Source of the DNA: Eledone cirrhosa
Taxonomy: Eukaryota
Direction: 5' to 3'
Assembly: GCA_964016885.1 (NCBI GenBank)
Contig: OZ024740.1
Location: 258,416,001 to 258,480,000 of the forward strand
Length of the DNA stretch: 64,000 nt
Positions 16,230-29,009 of this stretch are shown here, piece after piece; positions within the stretch are counted from its first letter, which is position 1; each line of letters begins with the position of its first letter. The notes beneath the pieces are model-generated. The model ran no database searches. It was not told the DNA's origin and was given only the letters and a program-made list of their open reading frames with translations. Both the position numbers and the translations under genes were made by a program.

Positions 16230-18846
16230 GTTTGTTTTATAAATAGAGATATACCCAGGAAAATCATACCTTATCAGTTGAATATTCCCTGGATAGTGGA
16301 AATGTATAATGGATTTTTCAAACTTATGGGTGAATATGCAAATGATCAAATAAATAATTTAAAAACAACCGTTAATTTAAATGACTATGGACAGTTTAGA
16401 TATATAACATATAATAGTAAGAGAGAGTAGAAGGAAAAAATAGTAAGAGAGAGAGAAGAGAAGAAGGAAAAATAGTAAGAGACAGAAGAAGGAAAAAAGC
16501 AAAGATAAATGAAAAGCTCATGCATAGAAAAATACCAGAGATGACCGGTGGTTTATATCGTGATGATATGCTGCTTTTAATTGAAAATAATAGAAATTGT
16601 GAAATTAATAGTAAAAGAAAATCCATATTACAATTCTTCAATAACTACAACCTTAAGTTAGAAATAGAGAATAACTATAAAATCGTTAACTTTTTAGACG
16701 TAACATTAAACCTTAGCACAGGGCTCTACTAGCCATTCCATAAAAATTAATGAGAATCTTAATTATGTAAGTTTTAACTCTAATCATTCTAGATCTATTA
16801 AGAACACTATTGTCAATAGTGTTCAACAACGAATTTCACGCATCTCCGCTAATAAAAACATTTTTGATGATAAGGCTGAATATTATAATGAAGCTTTAAA
16901 TAGAGCAGTGTATACAAATAAAATTAAATACATTGACAAAAATAATAAGGCAAATCACCCTACTATTAATTGTAATAATAATAAACAATTTAACTTAAAC
17001 TCTAAAACTAACAAAAGAACTAGAAATATTATTTGGTATTCACCCCCATTCTCATTAAACATTAAAACACCTTTAGCAAAGCTATTCTTTAAAGCACTAG
17101 ACAAATGTTATCCTAAAGCCCACAGATACCACTCAATCTTTAACAGACATACCATAAAACTATCCTACTCTACTACTATGAACATAGCACAAAATATAAA
17201 TAGAATTAATAATAGAAACTTAAATTTAAACCCGAACCAAAATAACCAAAATAGCAATAATAATATTTCTAGCAATATCCATCATAATAGTACCGTTCCG
17301 AGCAACAACAACTCCGCAAAATGTAACTGTAGAATTAAATCAAACTGTCCTTTACAAAATAAGTGTTTAGATAATGCACAGTTAAAACTAGTGAAAATAT
17401 ATTTAACTATGTCGGTGCCACTTCTACAGAATTTAAAAGTCGCTGGAATAACCACAATTTTCTTTCAGAAGATTTGATAAAAAATCTTCAGCTTCTCTTT
17501 CAAACCTGATATGGAACTTAAAATGCAAGAATATAGACTATTCATTATCTTGGAAAACATTTCCGGAAGTACCGGCGTAACGAAACACAGCTTTTTCTAG
17601 ATTCTGTAAATTGTGTATTGAAGAAATATTTTATATAATTAACTGTAAAAACTCTATTAATCTCAGAACGAATTTATTGTAGACATCACCAGAATTCAAC
17701 ATTCAGAACTATATATAACTTATATTTATACTTATAATATTCCTATTAATCTCCATAACAATCTCATCTACTTTATTTTTAATATATTGATATCTCTAAA
17801 TCATATCTCTAACATTTGCTGTACTTCCATTTTTTTTTATTTTCTTATAATATATACGTATATAATTCTAATTTTTAAATTTTTAAATATCAAATTTTTT
17901 TATAATTTTTTTTATAATTTTTTTATTTTTTTTTTTATTTATTTTTTTTTTATTTATTTATTTTTTATTTATTTATTTTATTTTTTTATTTTTTTTTTCT
18001 ACTTTTTATTTTTATTTTTAATTTAAAAAAAAGATTTTTTAAGAAACGTTTTTAAAAAATTAAAAAATTAAAATTTTTTTTAGAAATTTTTTTTTAAATT
18101 TTTAAATTTTTAAATTTCTTAATTTCTTAATTCTTAAGACTTTATTAAGTACAATGACACCCTCTAGAGCTATTATTTAAATGTAGATAATAACCACTGA
18201 TTCTGGTTAAATGTATCTTAAGCATCCATACTTATTTTGACTAAGTCTCACACTAACGAATAAATAAAAACGGAGTTTATTTTTCCTTATCTTTCCTTTT
18301 CAATCATAAAAATATTATTACTTAACTCCGTTAATTTAATTTTGAATCATTCTCAATTTTAAATGCATATTTATTTACATAATATACCCATTTATTTATT
18401 TATTTATCTACTTAAAACAGAAGAAAAACATCCCTCGTAACTTATATTATAAACACATTATAATAATTGTAAATTATCCTTTTAATATAAATACACATAC
18501 TATTAAAATATATACTTACATATGTACATAGATAACTGTTCGAATATATTTCCTTCAAATTAACGTTATATGAGCTTTTCATTTATCTTTGCTTTTTTCC
18601 TTCTTCTCTCTCTCTTACTATTTTTCCTTCTTCTCTTCTCTTCTCTCTCTCTTACTATTTTTTCCTTTTACTGTCTCTTACTATTATATATTATATATCT
18701 AAGCTCTCCATAGTCGTTTAAATTAACGGTTGTTTTTCAATTATTTACATATTCATTTGCATATTCACCCATAAGTTTGAAAAATCCATTATACATTACC
18801 ACTCTCCAGGGAATATTGAACTGATCTATTTATAAAACAAACTTTG

Positions 18847-18909
18847 TATTTTATCTGAAGAAAGCGTACGAAAGTGTTTTGGTGCCCTTGAAATATATAT
18901 TATAAAATA
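18847..18909 (+). ncRNA. Type I hammerhead ribozyme in Naiad pLTR
   Basis: TATTTTAT CTGAAGA AAG-C-GTAC..GTGC-C-CTT GAAA T ATAT ATT ATAAAATA; palindromic stem III. Confidence 0.7.
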
Positions 18910-18948
18910 AATATGGTTTTATAAATATAGTCTCCATTTATTTAATAT

Positions 18949-19002
<54 letters not shown>

Positions 19003-19042
19003 GATATTAAACAAATGGAAACTATATTTATAAAACCATATT

Positions 19043-19108
19043 TATTTCATTATATATATTTCAGGGATATCATATTAAAAATATGGTATGCCTTCCTTAG
19101 ACAAAATA
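19043..19108 (-). ncRNA. Hammerhead motif in the sense pLTR (core CTGAGGA mutated to CTAAGGA)
   Basis: Reverse-complement copy of the 22837 motif with one core substitution. Confidence 0.55.
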
Positions 19109-20569
19109 CAATATATAAACCGTTTTATAAATAAATTTGACATACCTTAAACAGTGCAACTTCCATTTAAAAAGTTGATTTGGTAGTGAAAATGTTAAGG
19201 ACAGTTAGAAAGAAAGACGAAGAGAAAAAAAGAAGAGAAGAAGAAAGAAAGTGTATAGTGCTAAGGACAGTTAGAGAAGAAGATGAAGAGATGTATGTAA
19301 AGAAAAACAACAGAGCGAGATAGAGAGAGAAAGAGATATGGGAGAGAGAAATATATTGAGGAAGTGAAAAATGATAGGCAGCCTAGGGACAGATGATCAG
19401 CGTACAAATGAGAGATTAAGGAGGGAAGGGGGTACTGTAATTATTTATTTATTTATTTATTTAGTTATAGTGTTAAGGATACGGAGAGAAATAAAAATAA
19501 AAATAAAATTAAAAATAAAGATAAATAAAGAGAGGTAGAGAGAGATATAGGTGGTGGGAGAAAAGAGGTAGATCGAGTAATATCTATCATAAGAGGTGGG
19601 AGAGATACAGTTAAAACAGCCGATACATAAATCCCGTCAAGTGTAGAGGAGAAAAAGAAAGAAAGATGATATATTTAAAATATTATGTTTCATCCATTTG
19701 AATTATCAATTCATATGAATTAGGTATTATAATGTAAATATCAATATTCATGAATGAGACACATATCAATAATGTGTGAAAAAATGAAAAAATAAATGAC
19801 CCCATGTTTAGTTTAAAAATTCTTAGGTTTATAAGCAAAATCTGAGATAAAACTTCAAAAATACTGAAATACATAAGTATATATGTATTTTCATGAAAAA
19901 AGAAAAAGAGAAAAGAGAAGGTTATCTCAAATTCAAGTTGGCAATTATAGACACACATGTGAATTTACGTGATCGGCTCTGTAAATTCATATTTTTCATG
20001 AAAAGCTTCATTGCGTTACAAAAGATTCCACCATACATATATGTACATACATATATATATATAGACTTAAAATATACATTAATATTAATAATAATATTCT
20101 TGCCCTCACTTACATGATTATCGTTCAAGCATAGAATAGACAACAGATATCAATATATTAAAAACGCCAAGAATATCTTCGTCACTCCCCAGAGTATCTA
20201 GGGACGTAAGAAAACATAGTATGCCACGCATATCAACCACAGAAAACCACCCTTCCAATTTATTTGACAATATATTGTCAAGTTCATTAGAAGCAATCAG
20301 AATCAAAAGCAAACAAAACCAAAATTATTCAACAAAACTTATTTAGCAGAAATCATTCAAAAAAAGTTTATTCTACAAATGCTCTTATATTTATTATAGA
20401 AGTTTATCTAGCTTAAAAATGTATTCAATAGATTGGGAACATCACCATTTTAGGGTAGTTTAATTAATCTCATTAATTATATACTCATGCAGAAGGTTTT
20501 AAAAAATTGAAGGAATCGAAAGATTTATCGGCAAGTTTCATAAATAGTTAAATATCTTAAGTAAATATA

Positions 20570-22765
20570 CTACATTTTAAATTCATATTTATATTTAAAA
20601 GTTGAGTTCAATCTATGTCTGCAGCAGCTGAATAAATTGGTCCGTAAATTAAGGGAATTTTTAGATTTTAGTATAAAGAATATCTCCTCCGCGCAGAGGT
20701 CACATGTCTCAGAAGAGGAATTAAAAGGAATCCCTTTTGAGACTATATTCCAAACCATCGAATATCCAACGTTATCATGTTTAAGTTGCCAGAGTAAGCC
20801 TGATAGTGATGTTGAAGATTTTTTATTTGGATCCGTGAAAGAATTCTTGTGATTATTATAGCGGAGTTTAAATTCTGTCGAGGTGGAACCAACATAATTA
20901 AAAGAATTTAAGTCAGTTTTAACATTACAGTTGTATATTATATTTTTAACTAAGCAATTGTTATTTAGCGGACATTTAGATCTATCTCTACAGTTACAGT
21001 TGTTTACTTGAATATTGTTTAGGCTATTTTCGGTATTTTGGCTAGGTTTTAGATTCCTATTATTTATTCTATTAATATTTTGTGCTAAATTTTTGGTGGA
21101 CGAGTATGTTAATTTTATAGTATGTCTATTGAAAATTGAGTGATACTTATGTGTTCTAGGGAAGCGTTTGTCAAGAGCATTAAAAAATAGTTTAGCGATG
21201 TGGGTTTTAATGTTTAGTGAGAAAGGGGGGGCAAACCATATTATATTTCTAGTTCTATTTCTTTTCTGGTTTTTCGAATTATTGTAATGCTTTCTATTAT
21301 AGTTGTTACCGTAATTAAAATTGTTGTTATACATAATTTTATCACTATATCCTGCTCTAGCTAACGCTTCATTGTAATACTGGGCTTTTTCGTCGAAAAT
21401 ATTTTTATTAGATGAGATTCTAGAGATACGTTTTTGAACAGAGTTCACTACAGTATTTTTGACAGATCTGGGGTGATTAGAGCTAAACCTGACATAATTC
21501 AAGTTTTCATTTAACTTGTGAAATGGATAGTGAAGACATGTGTTGAGATTTAATGTTACATCTAGGAAATTGACTATTCTATGGTTATTCTCAATTTCTA
21601 TTTTAAGATTAAGGTAATTAAAAAATTGTATAATTTGTTTTCTTTTTCTATTTAGTTCAGAGTTATTATTTTCAATAAGTAAAAGCATGTCATCTCTATA
21701 TAATCCTCCGGTAACACCGGGTATTTTCCTATGCAGCGAATTAATTATAAATAGGCCCACAAGGTCCGTTACCTGAGCTGAGTCTGATGATCCCATAGTA
21801 ATGTCGAAATTATTATCTCTATCTGCCCTAGTCCATAGTTGGTTATTAAATTCTATCAATGTTTTCCTTGCCGATAATATAATGTGAATTTCATTGCTAG
21901 TTAGGTCTGTATGTTTGAATGCGTAATTTAGTGCCTTATTTAGTAGATTAGGGGTAATAGATGAATAGTAGTTAGCAATATCTAGTTGAATAAATTTATT
22001 ATTATTGTTATATTTAATTTCATTAAACCACTCAATGACCTCCCCAGATCCCTTCCACAAGGTCAAGTTAGGTAAACAATTCAAGTTGTTAATCTGCTGT
22101 ATCACCCTGTCTAGAATGTTTTTGCTAAGTTTACCCAGGTCAGATTTTGATGGTGCAATCAATCTGACTGGCAAGTCATTTTCAAAATTTCTTTTGTGAT
22201 CTTTCATATTGATCTTGGGTTTCCTGGGCACGAAAGGTTGTGTTTTGTTCTCAATTTCCAACTCATGCATTATACAAGATGCCTCAACATTCATTTTCTC
22301 AAGTTCAGCCTTATCTGCTACCTTGTACTTTTTCCTTAGTTCTTTCAGTATGAGGCCATTATACATGTCTTTTTCCACTCCATAGAGGTTGTTGGTTTTG
22401 TCCGATTTCACCAAGATCTTCTCTGTTCTCTCTAAGCTCACAATATTATCCTTAATGCTTTTCAGATATTCCTGGCCTTTGAAGTTTCTCTTGAATTTGA
22501 CTCCTTGTATGATAGAAATTATATCGTTTTCAAAATCAATTAAAAGTTTGTTGGGGGGTGGATTTTTTTTAGATTTGAAAACTTTGTCTAAGTCTGAGAC
22601 ATTTTCATTTATATTAGATTTATCAAAGTGGAATGCACGCCACCTGATTCTCCTTATAAAAGAGTCTTCTCTAACTGTCCTGAGCACTATACACTTTCTT
22701 TCTTCTTCTCTTCTTTTTTTCTCTTCGTCTTTCTTTCTAACTGTGATTAACATTTTCACTACCAA
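20570..22765 (-). CDS. Penelope-like (Naiad-type) reverse transcriptase + GIY-YIG endonuclease, 731 aa uninterrupted; the first ~33 aa come from the inverted pLTR
   Basis: SDKTNNLY, PVRLIAPSKSDLG, QLDIANYYSSI, MGSSDSAQ, GGLYRDD, NFLDVTL, CNCRDRSKCPLNNNC, IIY..YVGST, RYNNH, CDLCAEE. Confidence 0.92.
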   Translation of the reverse strand: MVVKMLITVRKKDEEKKRREEERKCIVLRTVREDSFIRRIRWRAFHFDKSNINENVSDLDKVFKSKKNPPPNKLLIDFENDIISIIQGVKFKRNFKGQEYLKSIKDNIVSLERTEKILVKSDKTNNLYGVEKDMYNGLILKELRKKYKVADKAELEKMNVEASCIMHELEIENKTQPFVPRKPKINMKDHKRNFENDLPVRLIAPSKSDLGKLSKNILDRVIQQINNLNCLPNLTLWKGSGEVIEWFNEIKYNNNNKFIQLDIANYYSSITPNLLNKALNYAFKHTDLTSNEIHIILSARKTLIEFNNQLWTRADRDNNFDITMGSSDSAQVTDLVGLFIINSLHRKIPGVTGGLYRDDMLLLIENNNSELNRKRKQIIQFFNYLNLKIEIENNHRIVNFLDVTLNLNTCLHYPFHKLNENLNYVRFSSNHPRSVKNTVVNSVQKRISRISSNKNIFDEKAQYYNEALARAGYSDKIMYNNNFNYGNNYNRKHYNNSKNQKRNRTRNIIWFAPPFSLNIKTHIAKLFFNALDKRFPRTHKYHSIFNRHTIKLTYSSTKNLAQNINRINNRNLKPSQNTENSLNNIQVNNCNCRDRSKCPLNNNCLVKNIIYNCNVKTDLNSFNYVGSTSTEFKLRYNNHKNSFTDPNKKSSTSLSGLLWQLKHDNVGYSMVWNIVSKGIPFNSSSETCDLCAEEIFFILKSKNSLNLRTNLFSCCRHRLNSTFKYKYEFKM

Positions 22766-22836
22766 ATCAACTTTTTAAATGGAAGTTGCACTGTTTAAGG
22801 TATGTCAAATTTATTTATAAAACGGTTTATATATTG

Positions 22837-22902
22837 TATTTTGTCTGAGGAAGGCATACCATATTTTTAATATGATATCCCTGAAATATATATAATGAAA
22901 TA
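22837..22902 (+). ncRNA. Type I hammerhead ribozyme with extended stem II in the inverted pLTR
   Basis: TATTTTGT CTGAGGA AGG..CATATT TTT AATATG..CCT GAAA T ATAT ATA ATGAAATA. Confidence 0.72.
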
Positions 22903-23024
22903 AATATGGTTTTATAAATATAGTTTCCATTTGTTTAATATCGTAAACCTACTCCAGTTGAGTGCTTTTATATCAGTTATAAAATATTTACTCGTTGTAA
23001 CCCAACAATTTTAAATAAAACTTT

Positions 23025-23105
<81 letters not shown>

Positions 23106-23108
<3 letters not shown>

Positions 23109-26100
23109 ATTAAAAGATGGTTAAAAGAGTTCGAAGTATTTTATTATGCGCATTTCAAAAACAAATATCATCATGGGATGATATTAGCGTAAAATAGGGA
23201 TACATGATATGAAGCTTAAAAAACACTCGTGAATAGTGAAGTTTTAAATCAACATATGAAAAATAATTTAAGATTGATGTATGAGATTGGGAAAAAGTGA
23301 GGGGGTGGTTGGAAAAGGTAAGGAAGAGGAGGAGATGAGAGTAAAGAATGGTGGGGAGGAGTATAAGAAGGAAGGATGAGAGAGGAGGAGAGATGGGTGA
23401 TAGAGAGAGAGAGAGAGATAGCCTTTACAACTGAGAAAACATATATATTGTCTCACAGAGAGAAGTTAAAAAGCCGTTGGAAGATAATAGATAATTTAAA
23501 AGAATTTGAAATTAAAAGTTAATGAGGTTTATGCATGAAGAAAAAAAGGAATTAAGAATAATATTAAATTAAGCTTTGTATATTGAAGGGTTTAATAATA
23601 TTGGCGAGGAAAAGAAATTATTAATATGTACTATTAAAATAAAAATATTAATGTTATTAAGGATATAATGTGAAAAGAAGGAGAAGAATGAATGAGTTAT
23701 GAATTTAGAGGAATTAGTTAGAGTTTAAATTTGTTTTTATGTAATGTAATATGTCTGCGTGATATGTGTTTGTTTAAAAATTAGCGCAGAAGGCAAAGAA
23801 GAAAAGAATGTTTAAGGAAGAAAATATCTAACATCAAAAAATATATATGTTTACGAAATATTTTCTAATCGTAATAATATAATATATTAAAAGAAATTAG
23901 TTAGGGTTTAAGTTTGTTTTTATGTATTGTAATATGTAAAAGTCAAACGAGCATGAAAGGATGAGATAAGAGAAATTTAAGGAAGAAAAATCTAACGTAA
24001 AAAAAAATGTTTGTTTACGAAGAACTATTAAAGGTAATACTATAATGTATTAAAAAAAAGAATTTTTTATGGCCAATGAAATGAGGAAAAATGGAAGAAT
24101 GGATAATGTTGTGGTGAGTAATAATAAGAATTGAGAAGTAGTTAGGAAGAAAAAGTACAGATTAGAGGTTAGAAATTAAAAAGAAAAGAGGAAGAAAGGA
24201 AAGTGATAAAGAGGAATGATATAGAATGAGTAACTTGTATTATATAATATATAATAAATTATATTGAAATAAGGTAGAAAGATGGGTATATTTTTAAAAG
24301 ATATATAAGCCTTTGAGAAAAAGGATTTTAAACTAGTAAGGTATTAGATATTAGCTGTATACTTTATGGAATGTTCTGTGGAATTTATGCAAGCAGAGAG
24401 AAAATAAATCCGTGCGTCTATTTATTATAGAATTGAAATTAGAGAGAATGGTAAATTTCTCAGCTAGGCAAAGATTACATGTTCTGGATAGGGAGGCATT
24501 CAAGTAGGGAGAGGCAGAACAAACTTTTCTCCAAGAGATGTTATAGTTAATATTTTTGTCTTTCAAGGACCATATGAGTTCTGAGAGTGCCGTGTTAGTT
24601 CTTTTAAGTTGGTATTTAAAAGACGAATTGTGATTATAAAATCTAGCTTTGAAGGAGGTGGAAGTGGAACCGAAATAGGTAAAGGTATTGGTATCAAGAC
24701 AATGGTTATTGAGAGGACATTTAGTTCTAACAGGGCAATTACAATTACGATTAGAGAAATTAACAGAGTTATTAACAAGTGACCTAGTGTTATTTATAGG
24801 AGGAATTGGATTGGAGAAGTTATTTAAAATTGGAATAATAGTTTCCTGATTTAGATTGGTATTATGTACATTCAACGAAGTTACGTTTGACGTCGTATTT
24901 GAGTTTACAGAATCTAGCCTAGAGTTAACAATGACGTCGGGAGTACTACTGCTATTATTATGACGCTCAGTGTTGGACGGATGTGATTTAATATTTAATA
25001 TGTTATTGTTGTGTTTAGAGATAATGTTAGAGATGTTGGAAGAGTTGGAATAAGAAAATTGTATTGTATGTTTGTTAAAGATTTTACTATAGATATGTGA
25101 GGGAGGGAAGCATTTATCTAAGGCCCTAAAGAATAGTTTAGGAATATTATTATTAATAGAAATAGAGAAAGGAGCATTATACCAGATTATATTTTTGTAT
25201 CTAGGTCTTTTATTTAAGTTATTGGAATTATCATAATTAATTATTTTACTGTAAGAACTTCTAGGATTGGTTTCTTTACTGTATTTAATTTTATCAGGAT
25301 AACCGGCTTTAGAAAGCGCATTATTATAGTAATTGGCGTTAGCATCGAAGATATTTTTTATTAGAGGATAGGTTTGATATTCTTTTTCCAATATTACTGA
25401 TTATAGCGTTTTTAATGTTAGTGGGGTGGTTACATTTAAAATTAACATAATTTAGATTCTCATTGTTTTATGGTAAGGGTAATATAGACCAGTGTCAAGA
25501 TTAAGGGATATATCTAAGAAGTTAGATAGTTTGACGTTGTTATTAAATTCAATGTTAAGGTTATGTTGCTTACGTATATTGTTCTTAATAATATTAAGGT
25601 TAACTAAGTTGCAATTTAAGATAGTAAAACGTCCATTGTCACGATAGATTCCACCGCGAAGTTGAGGAATTTTCCGATTTAAAGAATTAACAATAAAAAT
25701 ACCAATCAAATCAGTCAATTGCGATGAATCGGAAGCATCCATTGTGATATCAAAGTAGTTGGAAGTATCGGCTCAAGTCCAGTATTCATTGTTGAATTCT
25801 AAGATGGTTTTTCTTGCGGTAAGAATGATGTGAAGTTCATCTGTGGTGATGTCAGAATATTTAAATGCGAAAGATAGATCATTGTTGAGAAGTGAAGGCG
25901 AAATAGAAGAATAGTAGCTGGCAATATCAAATTGAATACATTTTTGTTTGTTTTTCTTATTCAGGTTGTTGAACCAGCCAATTACTTCAGATGTATCAAA
26001 CCATAAATTTAAGTTAGAAATAGAGCAATTAGAACAAACCTGTGGGATAATTATATCCAAGATGGCTTTACTAACAACCCCCAGATCTGATTTAGAGGGG

Positions 26101-26880
26101 GCGATTAGTCTAACAGGTAGTTCCGTTCGAAAATTACTTTTATGATCCTTGAGATTTATCCTCGGAGTTCTTGGGAGGAATGGTTCGGACTTTTTTTCAA
26201 AGTCAAGTTTTGACATAATCTCAGAAGCTTCAAAGTTTATAGATTCCAAATTGTCATGGTTAGTTTTACGATAGTTCTTCTTTAGTTCCTTAAGGATAAG
26301 GTTATTATAGTTATCCCTAGATACACCATATAAATTATTAGTTTTGTCGGAGTGGACTAAGACATTTTTAGAGGAATTAAGGTTTAAAATCGTATTCCTG
26401 AGATTTACAAAGTGGTCTTGTCCTCAGTAAGGGTTTGTCTTGAATTTAAGACTTCTTATAATATTAGTTAATTCTTCCTCGAACTGCACTAGATTTTTGT
26501 TGGAAGGAGGATTTCTTCTAGAGTTAAATAAATGATCAAGAAAGTTAGTATAGAAATTTCCTTTTTGGCGCTGGTCTTGGAAAAAAGATATCCATCTAAG
26601 TCTTCTCATAAAGGAGTCAGTTTTTTCAATCAGAAGTTTGGTGAATTCAGATTTACCAGGTATAGGAATGTCTTTAGTTGAAGTGGTTATGTTGTAATAA
26701 TCCATGTTGTAGAAGAAAAATTAAAGACCATCAAAAGGTATCCAATATGAGGGTTAGCGCTCAAACAGATATTATTTATACTCAAACAGTTATTATTTAT
26801 ACTCCAGTCCTACAAACTGTAGAGTGCTACTTATCCGATATTTGCATTGCTTTATTGTGCTACAATAAAACTCACCTCCT
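23106..26880 (-). mobile_element. Full-length but decayed Naiad-type PLE (pseudogene 24351-26705)
   Basis: Native N-terminus MDYYNITTSTKDIPIP..DSFMRRLRW, PVRLIAPSKSDLG, GGIYRDN, CNCPVRTKCPLNNHC, YFGSTST, CNLCLAEK; frameshifts; hammerhead remnant (GAAATGCGCATA) near 23130-23200. Confidence 0.9.
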
Positions 26881-27185
26881 GCACACACATATATATATAT
26901 ATATATATAAGGTGAGGGTGCGGTTGTGACTGTGTTTCTGTGTGGGGGGGGGAGTGTGTGTGAGTGTGTGTGAGTGTGTTTATGTAAGTGTCTGTGTGTG
27001 TATGTGTGTGTGTGTATGCGCTTGTGTGTGTGTGTGTGTCTCTCTCTCTCTGTTGCACCTCCAACAGTTGTGACATGTGGTTAATGCCACAGACAGCGTT
27101 AACGTAGCATGATACAAAATACAATAACGGAAGCCCTTTCAATTAAAAATGCATTACATTGTTGAGTGGATTAGTGTAACGTAAA

Positions 27186-27372
27186 ATAATTGTTTCTAAT
27201 TTTGGCACAAGGCCAGCAATTACCCCAGTGTATTACTGGTACTTTATTTTATCGACCCCGTAAGGATGAAAGGCAAAGTTAACCTCAGCGGGATTTGAAC
27301 TCAGAATGGCAAGGGCCGTAACTCAATGCGTCACAGCATGGCGTCCGACCCTCTACCGATACTGCCAATCCA
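27186..27372 (-). mobile_element. tRNA-derived SINE (same family as 4297)
   Basis: Reverse complement of the 4297 sequence. Confidence 0.8.
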
Positions 27373-27599
27373 GTAAAATAATGTGCCTTGCCCAATGGCA
27401 CAGCGCACGAACGTGAAACGAAATTATCACCTTACTCCCATCAGTTAAACTCACAAATCACTAAGCAATGTGTCTTCAGAAACACACAAATATATATATC
27501 TGACCATAGGTAAGTTTTGGCGCGAGATCCGAATTAAGGATAGTAAGTTTGGCTTTTACACCTACCTCCCTTTTTCTGATGACCGTATGCTGAAGCTAG

Positions 27600-27995
27600 A
27601 TTATTACTGCACTAGCACCTGCAATTCTTGAACTTAATACACCCACTACCTTCCAACACACGTGAAAACGGCCCCGAGATACTTCAACTTCTCCACTTGA
27701 TACCGTCGAACTCTATTCAGGTGTAGAGAGCACTGCACAAGCTTCCTTGAGAGGACGAGTGTCTCAGACTTTATACTGATTTTTATGCTATGCAGGACTT
27801 CTGACGAGTTAAGTAACACCATATCGTATTCAATTTTCAGCCCACTGATCGTACACTCGCCACTTCCAACTCGGCTGTGCATGTCAATTTTGTCCATGGA
27901 GAATATGAACAGGAGAGATGATAGTACGTACACTTGGTGGAGTCGGGTACTTACATTGAATAGGTTAGATTTAACACCATTTATCCGGCACATAT
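27600..27995 (-). mobile_element. RTE-like LINE reverse transcriptase fragment
   Basis: RINGVKSNLFNVSTRLHQVYVLSSLLFIFSMD ... QVEKLKYLGAVFT. Confidence 0.65.
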
Positions 27996-28162
27996 TAACT
28001 AATGAGAAGAAAAATTACTGAAAAACGACTAGTACTTGTGGATGATATTATAGGCAGTATGACGTTACAAAACAACGTTATCTGTTTCAACGCGCACACT
28101 TTCTTAAGATATTTGAGAGAAAAATACGAAAGCAAAATACACACACACATATACGTATAATA

Positions 28163-28283
<121 letters not shown>

Positions 28284-28381
28284 TTGAGGTTGGTAATGGC
28301 ACATGGAATATATAAGAGACAGAATACTTTTTTGTGAAAAAACATAATTTTATAAGGTAAGGAAATAATAAAGGGTATAAA

Positions 28382-28427
28382 AAATGACCGGTTTCGATGG
28401 GTCTGCAAAAGCCATCTTTTCAAATGT
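28382..28427 (-). ncRNA. Degenerate minimal hammerhead motif
   Basis: TTGAAAA GATGG..CCATC GAAAC CG GTC (5-bp stem II and palindromic stem III; CTGANGA decayed). Confidence 0.45.
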
Positions 28428-28772
28428 TGATTAATATTAAGAAAAATTAATAATACAAAGAGTTAAAATTTGAGATTTGAAAATTCAAGTATAAAATTCA
28501 TTGTGGGATTTCATAGTAGTTTTCATCTTGGTAGCAACATCTTGACTGCTGTGTGCCTTTCTGGTAGTGAATGAGAAGTTATTTGGGGGTGTGGGTTATT
28601 TTATAAAGGTCAGATTTAGCAATGGCCAGCTGGCCAGCTGCTGGTCAGTGAGGGGGTGGAAGCAATATACATACATATATCTTCCTGTGGTTGGTAGGAG
28701 AGGGGAGCGTGATAGAAAGGGATTTAGTGCACTTACACCTATATATACACACATACCTTCATCCACACATAC

Positions 28773-28811
<39 letters not shown>

Positions 28812-28972
28812 TATATATATATATATATACATATACACACATACATACACACACACATACATATACATACACACATACACACACATATATACACATACAC
28901 ACACATATATATACATACACATACATCCAGATACACACATACACATATATATACATACACATACATCCAGAT

Positions 28973-29009
<37 letters not shown>

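Larger units (their letters stand above)
16020..18953 (+). mobile_element. 5'-truncated Naiad-type PLE with inverted 5' pLTR
   Basis: GGLYRDDMLL, VNFLDVTLNL, RTRNIIWYSPPFS, CNCRIKSNCPLQNKC, frameshifted GIY-YIG; 16119-16521 is the reverse complement of 18569-18953. Confidence 0.9.
19001..23028 (-). mobile_element. Near full-length Naiad-type PLE with long 3' UTR/pLTR and inverted 5' pLTR, inserted in (TA)n
   Basis: 19001-~19280 is the reverse complement of ~22667-22945; both ends abut (TA)n. Confidence 0.9.

Noticed and set aside
20570-22765. Selenoprotein-type Naiad
   Set aside because: Some Naiads are reported to use Sec, but this ORF has ordinary Cys codons and no in-frame TGA
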